From: Gammaproteobacteria bacterium
GTDB taxonomy: Bacteria > Pseudomonadota > Gammaproteobacteria > Chromatiales > Chromatiaceae
Direction: 5' to 3'
DNA length: 64,000 bases
Assembly (NCBI GenBank): GCA_020445405.1
Contig: JAGRGQ010000004.1
Coordinates: 55,354 to 119,353, forward strand
The notes under the pieces were generated by a model. That model was not told the DNA's origin and ran no database searches. It was given only the letters and a program-made list of their open reading frames with translations. A program made the position numbers and the translations under genes. Each line of letters begins with the position of its first letter. Position 1 is the stretch's first letter. This document shows, in pieces, positions 39,482 through 50,065 of the stretch.

Positions 39482-39860
39482 GAAAGCGGGAGTCGGCCGG
39501 ATAGTCGCTGCCGTGTTGCCTTCTGGCAATGGGGGGGAGGAAAGTCCGGGCTCTACAGGACAGGATGCCAGGTAATGCCTGGGAGGCGTGAGCCTACGGA
39601 AAGTGCCACAGAAAATATACCGCCCGAAACTTTTTCGGGTAAGGGTGAAATGGTGCGGTAAGAGCGCACCGCATCGCTGGCAACAGCGATGGCAGGGTAA
39701 ACCCCATCCGGAGCAAGACCAAATAGGGGGACAGCCGGTTTCGGCCGCGACGTGTGGTCCGCACGGTCCCCGGGTAGGTTGCTAGAGGTCTGCGGTGACG
39801 CAGATCCCAGATGAATGACTATTCAAGACAGAACCCGGCTTACAGGCCGGCTCCCGCAAT
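39482..39860 (+). ncRNA. rnpB: RNase P RNA, bacterial type A
   Basis: Colinear with E. coli M1 RNA: GAGGAAAGUCCGGGCUC, GCCAGGUAAUGCCUGG, GGUAAGGGUGAAA.GGUGCGGUAAGAGCGCACC, ACAGAACCCGGCUUA. P1 pairs GCGGGAGUCGGCC (5') with GGCCGGCUCCCGC (3'). Confidence 0.96.
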
Positions 39861-40032
39861 TTATTTTTGGTAACTTAATTCCTTCCGTTTCTTACGCTAA
39901 TCAAGAATTCACTTTAAGTACGTAATTTAGCAGTCTGTTTTAGCGCATTTTATCCTCGTCGATTTTTTCTGGATAGTGTTCGTAACCCCCTGTGTTTAAA
40001 GGAACTTTCACTGTTTTCCTCTATTGAATTTC

Positions 40033-40062
40033 TTGACAAGTGGCGAAAGCGGTACCTATTAT
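40033..40062 (+). promoter_or_regulatory. candidate dcw (Pmra-like) sigma70 promoter
   Basis: TTGACA (40033-40038), an 18-nt spacer, then TATTAT (40057-40062). It lies about 55 nt upstream of the mraZ start. Confidence 0.5.
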
Positions 40063-40070
40063 GGAGATTA

Positions 40071-40100
40071 GTGGAGAAAAGTGGGAAAAACTGGGATAAC
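40071..40100 (+). promoter_or_regulatory. three direct repeats with 10-bp phasing (MraZ operator-like)
   Basis: GTGGAGAAAA / GTGGGAAAAA / CTGGGATAAC, immediately downstream of the -10. This resembles the TGGG-type triple direct repeat bound by MraZ in E. coli. Confidence 0.55.
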
Positions 40101-40114
40101 CAGAGGGGAGTGTC

Positions 40115-40570
40115 TTGTTTCGGGGCATCAGCAGAATCAACCTCGACGCCAAGGGGCGTCTCGCGATTCCGACGCGGTACCGGGATGAGTTGCGCGAGTG
40201 CTGTGACTCCGAGCTTGTGCTTACTGTTGACCCCGATCGCTGCCTTTTAATCTATCCGCTTCCCGACTGGGTTCGAATTGAGCAGGTGCTGATGAATCTG
40301 CCGAACCTTAAAGAGTCCGCAAGAATTTTACAGCGCCTCATGGTGGGCCATGCCACTGAAGTCCAGATGGATGGACAGGGGCGTGTATTGCTGCCCACAC
40401 CGCTACGCGAATTCGCCGGACTTGAGAAGCAGACGGTAATGATCGGCCAGGGTGCCAAATTCGAACTTTGGGATGAGGCGCATTGGAACGCGGAGCAGGA
40501 CTCCTGGCTGAAAAAGGCGGATATGGAACAGCTGAAAACCGCCCCAGAGCTGGACGGCCTTTCGATCTGA
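40115..40570 (+). CDS. mraZ: transcriptional regulator MraZ
   Basis: MFRGISRINLDAKGRLAIPTRYR... and a second SpoVT/AbrB-like half (MDGQGRVLLPTPLREFAGL). TTG start preceded by GAGGGGAG. Confidence 0.92.
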   Translation: MFRGISRINLDAKGRLAIPTRYRDELRECCDSELVLTVDPDRCLLIYPLPDWVRIEQVLMNLPNLKESARILQRLMVGHATEVQMDGQGRVLLPTPLREFAGLEKQTVMIGQGAKFELWDEAHWNAEQDSWLKKADMEQLKTAPELDGLSI

Positions 40571-41508
40571 TGATGGGGGGTTCTGGCGCACATCAACCGG
40601 TGCTTTTCGAAGAAGCGCTGGCGGCCCTGGATATCAAACCCGCAGGGCGCTATGTGGATGGGACATTCGGCCGTGGCGGACATAGCAGGGCGATTCTGGA
40701 TCGGCTGGGTTCCGCGGGGTATCTGCTGGCGATAGACAAGGATCCGGATGCGATAGCCTACGGTCTGGATAGATTTTCCGGGGAGCCGCGGCTGATACTC
40801 GAGCAGGGCTCATTTGCCGGAATGCAGGCACTGGCGGAGCGGCTGGGCTGGATTGGAAAAGTTGACGGCATCCTGCTGGACCTGGGGGTCTCCTCGCCAC
40901 AGCTCGATCTGCCTGAACGCGGATTCAGCTTTCTTGCGGACGGTCCTCTGGACATGCGAATGGATAATACCCGCGGCCCTACGGCCGGCGCCTGGCTGGC
41001 GTCGGCCGAGGCAGCGGAAATAGCGGATGTTTTGAAGCGATACGGAGAGGAGCGGTTCTCCGGGAGGATTGCGGCGGGAATTGTTGCAGCCAGACGGACT
41101 GTGCCCATAGCCACCACCGGACGGCTGGCCGAGATTATCGAGGCCGCGGTTCCGTTCCGGGAAAGGCACAAGCACCCGGCGACCCGAAGTTTCCAGGCGA
41201 TACGGATATTTATCAATGGCGAACTGGAGGACCTGCAGCGCTGCCTTGTACAGACGATCTCGGTATTGGCTCCGGCAGGCAGGCTGGTGGTGATCAGCTT
41301 TCATTCGCTGGAGGATCGAATCGTGAAACGCTTTATGCGCGATCAGGCGAGAGGCGACGATTTTCCACCAGGGGTGCCGGTTACCCGGGCGCAGATGCAT
41401 CCGCGTTTCAGGATCGTGGGAAAAGCGATACGGCCATCGCAGCGGGAGATGGGACTGAATCCCCGCGCCAGGAGTGCGGTGCTGCGGGTCGTGGAGCGTA
41501 TGGCGTGA
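40570..41508 (+). CDS. rsmH: 16S rRNA (cytosine1402-N4)-methyltransferase
   Basis: HQPVLFEEALAAL...YVDGTFGRGGHSRAIL...DGILLDLGVSSPQLD...ISFHSLEDRIVK. The ATG at 40570 overlaps the mraZ stop (TGATG). Confidence 0.92.
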   Translation: MMGGSGAHQPVLFEEALAALDIKPAGRYVDGTFGRGGHSRAILDRLGSAGYLLAIDKDPDAIAYGLDRFSGEPRLILEQGSFAGMQALAERLGWIGKVDGILLDLGVSSPQLDLPERGFSFLADGPLDMRMDNTRGPTAGAWLASAEAAEIADVLKRYGEERFSGRIAAGIVAARRTVPIATTGRLAEIIEAAVPFRERHKHPATRSFQAIRIFINGELEDLQRCLVQTISVLAPAGRLVVISFHSLEDRIVKRFMRDQARGDDFPPGVPVTRAQMHPRFRIVGKAIRPSQREMGLNPRARSAVLRVVERMA

Positions 41509-41777
41509 CGCTGCGGCAGCTGCTGGTGATTGCATTTTTGGGCTTTGCCGTAGTGCTGAGTTCCATCGGCGTGGTGCATGCGAAATACAGTTCGCGAAAG
41601 TATTTCGTCGAGCTGCAGAAACTCCGCCTGCAGCAGGACGAGCTGGATGTTGAGTGGGGTCGGCTGCAGCTGGAACAGAGTACCTGGGCGACTGAGCATC
41701 GAGTGGAAAGGATAGCCCGGGGAAAATTGAACATGCACATACCCTCCGCTGAAGAGGTGATGGTGATCAGACCTTGA
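41505..41777 (+). CDS. ftsL: cell division protein FtsL
   Basis: 90 aa, with a single TM segment followed by a coiled coil (ELQKLRLQQDELDVEWGRLQLEQS). GTGA overlap with rsmH. Canonical position. Confidence 0.82.
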   Translation: MTLRQLLVIAFLGFAVVLSSIGVVHAKYSSRKYFVELQKLRLQQDELDVEWGRLQLEQSTWATEHRVERIARGKLNMHIPSAEEVMVIRP

Positions 41778-43549
41778 TTAGAAATACTAAGGCCAGAAGC
41801 AGAAAGCGGGCGTTAAAGACAGCCGGAACGCAACCGGTCTGTCTGCCGAGCTATCGCGCCCGCCGCTGGAGTATGATCGGTATGCTGGCGATCGCCGGCA
41901 TGGCGCTGACTTGGCGTGCCGTGGACCAGCAAATCTTCGAGACCGATTTTCTCCAGGATGAAGGCGAGCGTCGTCATTTGCGCGTGGTCGAGGTTCCGGC
42001 TCACCGGGGCATGATTACCGACCGCGAAGGCGAACCCCTGGCTATCAGCACGCCGGTCGATTCAGTGTGGGCGAACCCGCGTATTCTCCTCCCCAACCGG
42101 GAGGATCTGGAGCCTTTGGCCAGGGCCCTGGGCTTCAAATCCGATGCTCTCCGTCACATGCTGGCCAAGCGCAGCAGCCGCTCGTTCGTTTACCTCAAGC
42201 GGCGGATTACTCCGGAGACTGCAGCCGCAGTCAATGCACTGTTGAAAGAGAAAAAAATCAAAGGTGTCGGGTTGGAGCGGGGTTACCGGCGCTATTACCC
42301 GGGCGGGGAGGTATTCGCCCATGTGGTCGGGTTTACCGATATAAACGATGTCGGTCAGGAAGGCGCCGAGCTGGCCTACGAAACGTGGCTGCGAAGCACT
42401 GCGGGTAAAAAGCTTGTGATCAGGGATGGACACGCCAGAGTGGTGCGTGATGTCGAGAGTATTCATGCTCCGGTGGAGGGCAGGAATCTCACACTGAGCA
42501 TCGATCGCCGGTTGCAGTATCTTGCTTACCGCGAATTGAAGAGTGCGGTAAAGCGGCATCAGGCCAAATCCGGTTCGGCAGTGATTCTGGATGTGCGTAG
42601 CGGTGAAGTGCTGGCGATGGTCAATCAGCCGGCATACAACCCCAACGGCAGCAAGGGCGGGTTGCCGGACAGGTTTCGCAACCGGGCGGTTACCGATGTA
42701 TTCGAACCAGGTTCGACGATGAAGCCGTTTACCGTTGCCGCGGCATTCGAGTCCGGTCGTTACCATCCCGATTCCATGATCGATACCGCGCCGGGTTATC
42801 TCCAGGTCGGCAGGAACCGGGTACGGGATCACCACAATCTTGGCGTAATCGACATACCTACCATTATCCGCAAGTCCAGCAATGTGGGGGCCAGTAAAAT
42901 TGCACTCGATCTATCCGGTGAACAGCTTTGGGCGCTCTATTCAAAAGTGGGCTTCGGCGAGGTCACCGGTGTCGGCTTTCCCGGAGAGGCTGGAGGACAG
43001 CTGACGCCCTACCAAAACTGGGCCAGGATCGACCAGGCAACGCTGGCGTTCGGCTACGGCATGTCCGTGACGACTCTGCAACTTGCCAGCGCCTACGCTG
43101 TTTTTGCCAGCGGCGGCATAAAGCGCCCGGTCTCGCTGGTACGGGTCGAACGGCCCGCGAAAGGGCTTTCGGTGATCAGCGACAAAACCGCCCGTGCAGT
43201 GGTCGCGATGATGGAGTCGGTTGTCAGCCGTGATGGTACGGCACAGCAGGCCGCAGTTGCGGGATACCGGGTGGCCGGTAAAACAGGAACGGTCAAGAAG
43301 AGCGTCTCGGGCGGATATTCGGAAGATCACTACCTGTCGGTGTTTGCCGGGCTGGCGCCGGTCAGCGACCCCCGCCTGGTGATGGTCGTTATGATTGACG
43401 ATCCGCGCGGTGAAAAATACTACGGTGGACAGGTGGCCGGACCGGTGTTTGCGAAAGTCATGTCCGGTGCGTTGCGGCTGCTCAATATCGCGCCTGACAA
43501 CATGGAGAAGGATGGCATTCGGCTTGCGGCGGCGAGGGGGCAGGAATGA
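41774..43549 (+). CDS. ftsI: peptidoglycan D,D-transpeptidase FtsI (PBP3)
   Basis: RG.ITDREGEPLA, STMKPFTVAAA (SxxK), SSN and KTGT motifs. Canonical position. Confidence 0.92.
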   Translation: MIRNTKARSRKRALKTAGTQPVCLPSYRARRWSMIGMLAIAGMALTWRAVDQQIFETDFLQDEGERRHLRVVEVPAHRGMITDREGEPLAISTPVDSVWANPRILLPNREDLEPLARALGFKSDALRHMLAKRSSRSFVYLKRRITPETAAAVNALLKEKKIKGVGLERGYRRYYPGGEVFAHVVGFTDINDVGQEGAELAYETWLRSTAGKKLVIRDGHARVVRDVESIHAPVEGRNLTLSIDRRLQYLAYRELKSAVKRHQAKSGSAVILDVRSGEVLAMVNQPAYNPNGSKGGLPDRFRNRAVTDVFEPGSTMKPFTVAAAFESGRYHPDSMIDTAPGYLQVGRNRVRDHHNLGVIDIPTIIRKSSNVGASKIALDLSGEQLWALYSKVGFGEVTGVGFPGEAGGQLTPYQNWARIDQATLAFGYGMSVTTLQLASAYAVFASGGIKRPVSLVRVERPAKGLSVISDKTARAVVAMMESVVSRDGTAQQAAVAGYRVAGKTGTVKKSVSGGYSEDHYLSVFAGLAPVSDPRLVMVVMIDDPRGEKYYGGQVAGPVFAKVMSGALRLLNIAPDNMEKDGIRLAAARGQE

Positions 43550-45081
43550 TGCGGACCGAAGGGAGGGCGTCCAGCATGCGTCTCAGTCTTCTGCTCGACG
43601 GCCTGGCGGACGTCCGCGCCGTGAATGATGTTGAGGTAACCGCGGTCACTCTCGATAGTCGTGAAGTCTCCAGAGGCGGGCTGTTTATGGCCTGTTCGGG
43701 GAGCAGCCGGCATGGCCTGGCGTTCCTTTCCCAGGCATTGGAGAGGGGCGCCGCGGCGGTCGTCTGGGAACCCGACGTCAACTGGACAACGGATTCGCTT
43801 TGGAGCATCTCCATACCTTCTTCAGTTGCGATGCTGCCGGTGACGGATCTGAGAGCCAAAGTCAGTCAGATCGCAGCCAGATTTTACCGTCATCCGGGTC
43901 GGGAGATGACGCTGATCGGCATCACCGGGACCAACGGGAAGACCAGCTGCACTCAATATATCGCGCGGGCGCTCTCGCCCACCAGACGCTGCGGCACCAT
44001 CGGTACCCTGGGAATCGGGTTTCCCGGCGCGCTGACTGAGGGCCGCCACACCACACCCGATCCGGTGGCGCTACAGTCGGCGCTGGCCGATTTCAAGCGT
44101 GCCGGCGCGGATGCGGTGGCGATCGAGGTCTCATCCCACGCACTGGATCAGGGAAGGGTCGCCGCGGTTGGCTTCGATGTGGCTGTTTTTACTAATCTGA
44201 GCAGGGACCATCTCGATTATCACGGCACTTTCAGCGCTTATGGCGAGGCAAAAAAGCGGCTGTTTCAGATGCCTGGAGTCAAAGCCTGGGTGGTCAATCT
44301 GGATGATGCATTCGGACAGGCTTTGCTGGGTGACGTACCCGAGGGAGTTATCACCATTGGCTATGGACAGGGTGCCGATCGCAGCTATCGCAAACGGGTG
44401 TCGTACGCAGTCTGGGCAAACGCGGTGCAGTCTGACGAATCAGGCATGCGCATCGACCTGGAGACCGGTTGGGGAGAGGGCCGGATAAACACCCGGCTGC
44501 TCGGACGTTTCAATGTCAGTAATCTTCTCGCGGTGATGGCCGTATTGCTGCAGCAGCAGGTACCGCTCGCGGAGGCGCTGGCCAGGGTAGCCGAACTGAC
44601 GACGGTTCCCGGTCGGATGGAGCGGTTCGGGGGGGCTGGCCAGCCGCTGGTGATCGTCGATTATGCGCATACCCCGGATGCATTGGAGCATGTGCTGGGC
44701 GCCAGCCGGGCGCATACGCTGGGCAGTCTGTTTTGTGTATTCGGCTGCGGCGGCGACCGCGATACCGGCAAACGCCCCGAGATGGGGGCGATATCCGAAG
44801 CCCTGGCGGATATCGTCATTGTTACCGATGACAATCCGAGGAGCGAGGACGGCGACACCATTGTCGCGCATATTCTCAGCGGGATGAAAGAGCCTGGACG
44901 GGTGCAGGTGGAGCGCGACCGGGCCAAAGCGATTCGGCTGGCGGTAGATGCCGCGGCAGCCGGTGACGTCGTCGTGGTGGCGGGCAAAGGGCATGAGAAT
45001 TACCAGCAGTTGGGCGATGCCAGGCTGCCGTTCGACGATCGGGTGCAGGTGCGCCGGGCCTTGGCGGAGCAGGTGCAATGA
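43546..45081 (+). CDS. murE: UDP-N-acetylmuramoyl-L-alanyl-D-glutamate--2,6-diaminopimelate ligase
   Basis: GITGTNGKTS, a DNPR motif (VTDDNPRSED), and Mur ligase architecture. ATGA overlap with ftsI. Confidence 0.92.
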   Translation: MMRTEGRASSMRLSLLLDGLADVRAVNDVEVTAVTLDSREVSRGGLFMACSGSSRHGLAFLSQALERGAAAVVWEPDVNWTTDSLWSISIPSSVAMLPVTDLRAKVSQIAARFYRHPGREMTLIGITGTNGKTSCTQYIARALSPTRRCGTIGTLGIGFPGALTEGRHTTPDPVALQSALADFKRAGADAVAIEVSSHALDQGRVAAVGFDVAVFTNLSRDHLDYHGTFSAYGEAKKRLFQMPGVKAWVVNLDDAFGQALLGDVPEGVITIGYGQGADRSYRKRVSYAVWANAVQSDESGMRIDLETGWGEGRINTRLLGRFNVSNLLAVMAVLLQQQVPLAEALARVAELTTVPGRMERFGGAGQPLVIVDYAHTPDALEHVLGASRAHTLGSLFCVFGCGGDRDTGKRPEMGAISEALADIVIVTDDNPRSEDGDTIVAHILSGMKEPGRVQVERDRAKAIRLAVDAAAAGDVVVVAGKGHENYQQLGDARLPFDDRVQVRRALAEQVQ

Positions 45082-46442
45082 TCACTGTGCGGTTGTCTGC
45101 ATTGCGCACTCCGTTGCAGGCTGAATTGATCGGTGGCGACACTGAATTCAGCTCGGTAAGCACCGACACCCGCAGTCTCGCGCCGGGTGATCTGTTCGTC
45201 GCGCTGAAAGGGCCGAATTTCGATGGCCATGATTATCTGGAAACGGCCAGGGAGAGCGGTGCGGCGGCGGTGATGGTGAGCCGTCCTCCGCCAGCAGGGT
45301 TGTCCGGACTGTTGGTCAAGGATACCCGTGTCGGGCTTGGGCGTCTTGCCAGACACTGGCGTGAACTGAGCCATGCGCCATTGATTGCAGTTACCGGCAG
45401 TAATGGCAAGACCACGGTCAAGGAGATGATCGCGGCAATCCTCGGCCGCCGTGGGCCGGTGCTGGCCACCAGAGGAAACTACAACAATGACGTGGGTCTG
45501 CCACTGACGCTGCTGCGTCTCCAGGAACAGCGGTTCGCAGTGGTGGAGATGGGCGCCAATAATCCGGGTGAGATAGCATACCTCAGCAGGATTGCGGCGC
45601 CGGACATTGCATTGATAACCAATGCCGGGCGCGCCCACCTCGAAGGATTCGGAACTCTTGAAGGTGTCGCCAGGGCCAAGTCAGAGATATTGGAAGGACT
45701 CAAACCCGGCGGATGTTTTGTGGTGAATGCGGATGATCCCTGGGCTGCTTTCTGGCGGGAGCGCGCGGGTGCGCACCCGGTGCAAACCTTCGGGGTGAAA
45801 AATCCGGCCGATGTAACCAGTCCGGCGGATGCCATGACATTGCAATGGAGCGATGCCGGCTTCGTCAGCCGTTTTCCCGTCTCGACGCCCCGGGGTGGCG
45901 GTGAGATCCGGCTGAAACTGGCGGGAAATCACAACCGTATGAACGCGCTCGCCGCGATAGCGGCAACGCTGGCTGTCGGCGCCGGATGGGAGGAGGTTCA
46001 GTCCGGGTTGGCCTCGATGGAGCCGGTGCCGGGCCGTTTGCAGCCGCTGCCGGGCCGTAATGGCGTCGGCCTGATTAACGACACCTATAATGCAAATCCG
46101 GATTCGGTTACTGCGGCCATCGATATGCTCGCGACCGCGCCGGGCCGGCGCTATCTGGTGCTCGGCGAACTGGCAGAGATGGGTGCGGGTGCAGCCTCCT
46201 ACTACCGCGAGATCGGCGAGTACGCCGGAAAATCAGGTATCGACAGGGTGTACGCGCTGGAGAGTGCGGGACAGGCGGTTTCGATGCTGGGGCAGCGGGG
46301 GCGGCGGTTTGCATCCATCCAGCAACTGATCGATTGTCTCGAGCGTGAATTGCAGCCGGGGGACCGGGTGCTGATGAAAGGATCGCGCATCGCTTCCATG
46401 GAGCGGGTGGTGGCAGCGTTGGGCGCCGGGAGAGAGGACTGA
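45078..46442 (+). CDS. murF: UDP-N-acetylmuramoyl-tripeptide--D-alanyl-D-alanine ligase
   Basis: [14 protein letters not shown] and [10 protein letters not shown]. Canonical position; ATGA overlap with murE. Confidence 0.92.
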   Translation: MITVRLSALRTPLQAELIGGDTEFSSVSTDTRSLAPGDLFVALKGPNFDGHDYLETARESGAAAVMVSRPPPAGLSGLLVKDTRVGLGRLARHWRELSHAPLIAVTGSNGKTTVKEMIAAILGRRGPVLATRGNYNNDVGLPLTLLRLQEQRFAVVEMGANNPGEIAYLSRIAAPDIALITNAGRAHLEGFGTLEGVARAKSEILEGLKPGGCFVVNADDPWAAFWRERAGAHPVQTFGVKNPADVTSPADAMTLQWSDAGFVSRFPVSTPRGGGEIRLKLAGNHNRMNALAAIAATLAVGAGWEEVQSGLASMEPVPGRLQPLPGRNGVGLINDTYNANPDSVTAAIDMLATAPGRRYLVLGELAEMGAGAASYYREIGEYAGKSGIDRVYALESAGQAVSMLGQRGRRFASIQQLIDCLERELQPGDRVLMKGSRIASMERVVAALGAGRED

Positions 46443-46443
46443 C

Positions 46444-47526
46444 ATGCTGCTCTATCTCGCCGACTATCTTTCCCAGTTCCATACCGGATTCAATGTTATT
46501 CAATATCTGACATTGCGCACCATATTCGGCGTACTGACCGCACTTGCCATCTCATTCCTGGTCGGTCCAATCATGATTCGGCGGTTGACCTTTCACCAGA
46601 TCGGACAGACGGTGCGCGATGACGGTCCGCAGTCTCATCACTCCAAGGCCGGCACCCCAACCATGGGTGGGGCACTGTTGTTGGTCGCAGTGACGGTCAG
46701 CTCTCTGTTGTGGGCGGATCTTGGCAGCCGCTATGTCTGGGTGGTGATTATCGTCACGCTTATGTTCGGTGTCATCGGTTTCGTTGACGATTACCGCAAA
46801 CTGGTGCTGAACGACCCCAAAGGTCTTGCCGGTCGCTTCAAGTATCTTTGGCAATCCGTGATAGGAGCCGGCGCTGCGATATTTCTCTACAGCACCTCCA
46901 GTTCAATCAGTGAAACCCAATTGATCATACCTTTTGTCAAAAGCGTGGTGATCGATATGGGCCCATGGTTCATGGTGTTGGCCTACTTCGTTATCGTGGG
47001 ATCGAGCAACGCGGTAAATCTTACCGACGGGCTGGACGGACTGGCTATTATGCCGACCGTCCTGGTGGCCGGTGCACTGGCTATTTTTGCCTATGCATCC
47101 GGTCATGCGCAGATCGCCAATTATCTGCTGATACCGCAAATCAAGGGCGTGGGTGAATTGGCCGTGTTCTGCGGGGCATTGGCGGGCGCAGGTCTCGGTT
47201 TTCTCTGGTTCAATGCGTATCCCGCTCAGGTTTTTATGGGGGATGTGGGTGCGCTTGCGCTTGGTGCGGCGCTGGGTGTGGTGGCGGTTATCGTCCGCCA
47301 GGAGTTGGTGCTGCTGATTATGGGTGGTGTCTTTGTGATGGAGACGGTCTCGGTCATCCTGCAGGTGGTTTCCTTCAAACTTACCGGCAGGCGGATTTTC
47401 CGCATGGCGCCGCTCCACCACCATTTCGAGTTGAAAGGGTGGCCCGAACCGCGGGTGATCGTGCGCTTCTGGATTGTAACGGTGATTCTGGTGCTCATCG
47501 GGCTTGCCAGTCTGAAAATCAGATGA
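46444..47526 (+). CDS. mraY: phospho-N-acetylmuramoyl-pentapeptide transferase
   Basis: 360 aa, polytopic. [32 protein letters not shown] and [12 protein letters not shown]. Confidence 0.95.
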   Translation: MLLYLADYLSQFHTGFNVIQYLTLRTIFGVLTALAISFLVGPIMIRRLTFHQIGQTVRDDGPQSHHSKAGTPTMGGALLLVAVTVSSLLWADLGSRYVWVVIIVTLMFGVIGFVDDYRKLVLNDPKGLAGRFKYLWQSVIGAGAAIFLYSTSSSISETQLIIPFVKSVVIDMGPWFMVLAYFVIVGSSNAVNLTDGLDGLAIMPTVLVAGALAIFAYASGHAQIANYLLIPQIKGVGELAVFCGALAGAGLGFLWFNAYPAQVFMGDVGALALGAALGVVAVIVRQELVLLIMGGVFVMETVSVILQVVSFKLTGRRIFRMAPLHHHFELKGWPEPRVIVRFWIVTVILVLIGLASLKIR

Positions 47527-47536
47527 AATTCGAAAA

Positions 47537-48904
47537 ATGAAAAAGCAGGCAACCAACACGGCAGAGCGGCGGCGTAAAACGCTGATAGTCGGTCTGGGCA
47601 AGACCGGGCTCTCCTGCGCCCGCTATCTCTCCTCCCGCGGTGTGCCGCTGGCGGTTACCGACAGCCGTGCACTGCCGCCGGCACTGGAACAACTGCGTAC
47701 CGAGTTCCCCGACGCGGCACTCTTCCTGGGAGGCTTCAATGCCGATGCGTTCAGTGCCGCGGAGAGATTGCTGGTTTCGCCGGGCGTTTCATTGAATGAG
47801 CCCCTGATACAGCAGGCGATGGCCCAGGGCGTGTCGGTGCTGGGCGATATAGAACTGTTCAGCCAGGTGGTCAATGCACCCTATGTGGCGATAACCGGTT
47901 CGAACGGCAAAAGCACTGTAACCAGCCTGCTTGGAGAGATGGCCGCAGCTCAGAACCTGCGGGTAAAAGTTGGCGGCAATATCGGGCAGCCGGCGCTGGA
48001 CCTGTTGGATGACGAGACCGACCTCTATGTGCTTGAACTCTCCAGTTTCCAGCTGGAGACCACCCATTCGCTCAAGCCGAAAGCCGCCGCAGTTCTCAAT
48101 CTGGTCCCCGATCATCTCGACCGTTATCCGGATTACCGGGCATACGTGGAAGCCAAACGCAAGGTTTACGCGAATGCGGAAACAGGTGTATTCAATCGGG
48201 ACGACGCCGGTGTGATGGCGATGCGCGGCGATAGTGAGAAGAGCCTGTTTTTCTCCCTTGGCCAACCGAACAAAAATGATTTCGGGCTGCTTAGTCATCA
48301 AGGTCAAAGCTGGCTTGCTTTGGGTGATAGACCGCTGCTGCCGGTTTCCGAGCTGCTGATTCAGGGACGCCACAATCAGGCTAACGCGCTGGCCGCACTG
48401 GCGTTGGGAACGGCGTTGCATTTTTCAATGGATGGGATGCTCGATTCCCTGAAGCGCTATCGGGGTATGCCTCACCGCACCCAATTCGTCAGGGAGCGCC
48501 GGGGAGTGCGTTGGTACAACGATTCCAAAGGCACCAATCCAGGTGCCTGTATCGCTGCACTGCAGGGTTTGCGGTCGGAGGGTGGCGATGCGCGTATCCT
48601 GTTGATTGCGGGCGGAGAGGGGAAAGGCGCTGATTTTACCGTTCTGGCGCCTGTGGTCGCTGACGCGGCCCGCTGTGTCATCCTGTTTGGACGCGATGCC
48701 CGTGTTATCGAGCAGGCACTGGATCAGCAGGTGCCGGTGTTCCAGGTGCAGGATCTGAACGCTGCGGTCACCCTGGCCGCAGAGAAGGCGCAGTCAGGTG
48801 ATAGCGTCCTGTTGTCACCGGCCTGCGCGAGCTTCGACATGTTTCGCAACTATGAGCAGCGCGGCGAACTTTTCATCGATCTGGTCAGGAGGCTGGAAGC
48901 ATGA
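47537..48904 (+). CDS. murD: UDP-N-acetylmuramoylalanine--D-glutamate ligase
   Basis: VGLGKTGLS, ITGSNGKSTV and YNDSKGTN. Confidence 0.92.
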   Translation: MKKQATNTAERRRKTLIVGLGKTGLSCARYLSSRGVPLAVTDSRALPPALEQLRTEFPDAALFLGGFNADAFSAAERLLVSPGVSLNEPLIQQAMAQGVSVLGDIELFSQVVNAPYVAITGSNGKSTVTSLLGEMAAAQNLRVKVGGNIGQPALDLLDDETDLYVLELSSFQLETTHSLKPKAAAVLNLVPDHLDRYPDYRAYVEAKRKVYANAETGVFNRDDAGVMAMRGDSEKSLFFSLGQPNKNDFGLLSHQGQSWLALGDRPLLPVSELLIQGRHNQANALAALALGTALHFSMDGMLDSLKRYRGMPHRTQFVRERRGVRWYNDSKGTNPGACIAALQGLRSEGGDARILLIAGGEGKGADFTVLAPVVADAARCVILFGRDARVIEQALDQQVPVFQVQDLNAAVTLAAEKAQSGDSVLLSPACASFDMFRNYEQRGELFIDLVRRLEA

Positions 48905-50064
48905 CCGGTCAGCAACGCGGACAGGCCACCATGGGCAGGGGAGCTGCGCTTTTGCCGTCTCTCGACTACGGTGTGATATTCGCTGCATCCGCATTACTCG
49001 GTCTGGGTCTGGTAATGGTTGCTTCTGCAACCCTGCATCGTATTGGCGATGCGCCGTTCTTCTTCTTCAACCGGCATCTGATAGCGCTCAGCATCGGTCT
49101 TGTCAGCGCGGTTGGGGTCTTTTTTATACCGGTAAAATATTGGCAGAAATCCGGTGCCATGCTGTTTATCCTGGGGCTTCTGCTACTTCTGCTCGTACTT
49201 GTGCCGGGTTTGGGCAGGGAAGCAAACGGTGCTACCCGCTGGATACCGCTCGGCCCGTTCAACCTGCAAAGCTCGGAGTTCATGAAGCTGTTCATGGTGG
49301 TCTATCTGGCCGGCTATCTGGTGCGACGGCAGGAGGAGGTGGCTTCCAGTATCTGGGGGGTCATGAAACCCATGATACTGCTGCTGCTGGCTTCCGGATT
49401 GATCATGTTGCAGCCTGATTTCGGCACCACGGCTGTGCTGCTGGTCACAGCCATGGGCATGCTCTTTATCGGTGGAGTTCCGCTCTGGCAGTTCGGCATA
49501 CTGGCAGGCCTGGCGGGTTCGGTTATGGCGGGTCTGGTTTTTTTCTCCTCCTACCGCCTGCAGCGGGTGACAACTTTCCTGGATCCCTGGGCCGACGTCG
49601 AGGGCAGCGGCTATCAACTGGCCCAGGCCTTGATCGCTTTCGGACGTGGTGAATGGCTCGGGGTCGGTCTTGGCAGCGGTATTCAGAAGCAGTTTTACCT
49701 GCCCGAGGCGCATACCGATTTTTTGATGGCGGTGGTCGGAGAGGAGCTGGGTCTGGCCGGTACGCTGGCGGTTATTCTGCTATTCGCTTTTATTGTTTCC
49801 AGAGCTTTTTCCATGGCCGCGAGGGCGGAGCGCGGCGGATGTCGTTTTGCCTCCTATGTGGCGCAGGGTCTGGGGCTTTGGCTGGGCATGCAGGCGTTCA
49901 TCAATATCGGCGTCAACGTAGGCCTGCTTCCCACCAAGGGGTTGACGCTTCCACTGATGAGTTATGGCGGTAACAGCATCATTGTCGCCTGCATCATTGT
50001 CGCGATGTTGGTGCGGATCGACTACGAGAACAGTGCCGGTTTTCCATTGGAGAACGGGGGATGA
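48901..50064 (+). CDS. ftsW: peptidoglycan glycosyltransferase / lipid II flippase family protein FtsW
   Basis: SEDS-family polytopic protein (LQPDFGT, PEAHTDF, LPTKGLTLPLMSYGG). ATGA overlap with murD. Confidence 0.9.
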   Translation: MTGQQRGQATMGRGAALLPSLDYGVIFAASALLGLGLVMVASATLHRIGDAPFFFFNRHLIALSIGLVSAVGVFFIPVKYWQKSGAMLFILGLLLLLLVLVPGLGREANGATRWIPLGPFNLQSSEFMKLFMVVYLAGYLVRRQEEVASSIWGVMKPMILLLLASGLIMLQPDFGTTAVLLVTAMGMLFIGGVPLWQFGILAGLAGSVMAGLVFFSSYRLQRVTTFLDPWADVEGSGYQLAQALIAFGRGEWLGVGLGSGIQKQFYLPEAHTDFLMAVVGEELGLAGTLAVILLFAFIVSRAFSMAARAERGGCRFASYVAQGLGLWLGMQAFINIGVNVGLLPTKGLTLPLMSYGGNSIIVACIIVAMLVRIDYENSAGFPLENGG

Positions 50065-50065
50065 A

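Noticed and set aside
39588-39785. 65-aa ORF in the argD-mraZ spacer.
   Set aside because: It falls wholly inside the RNase P RNA gene, which is colinear with E. coli M1 RNA.
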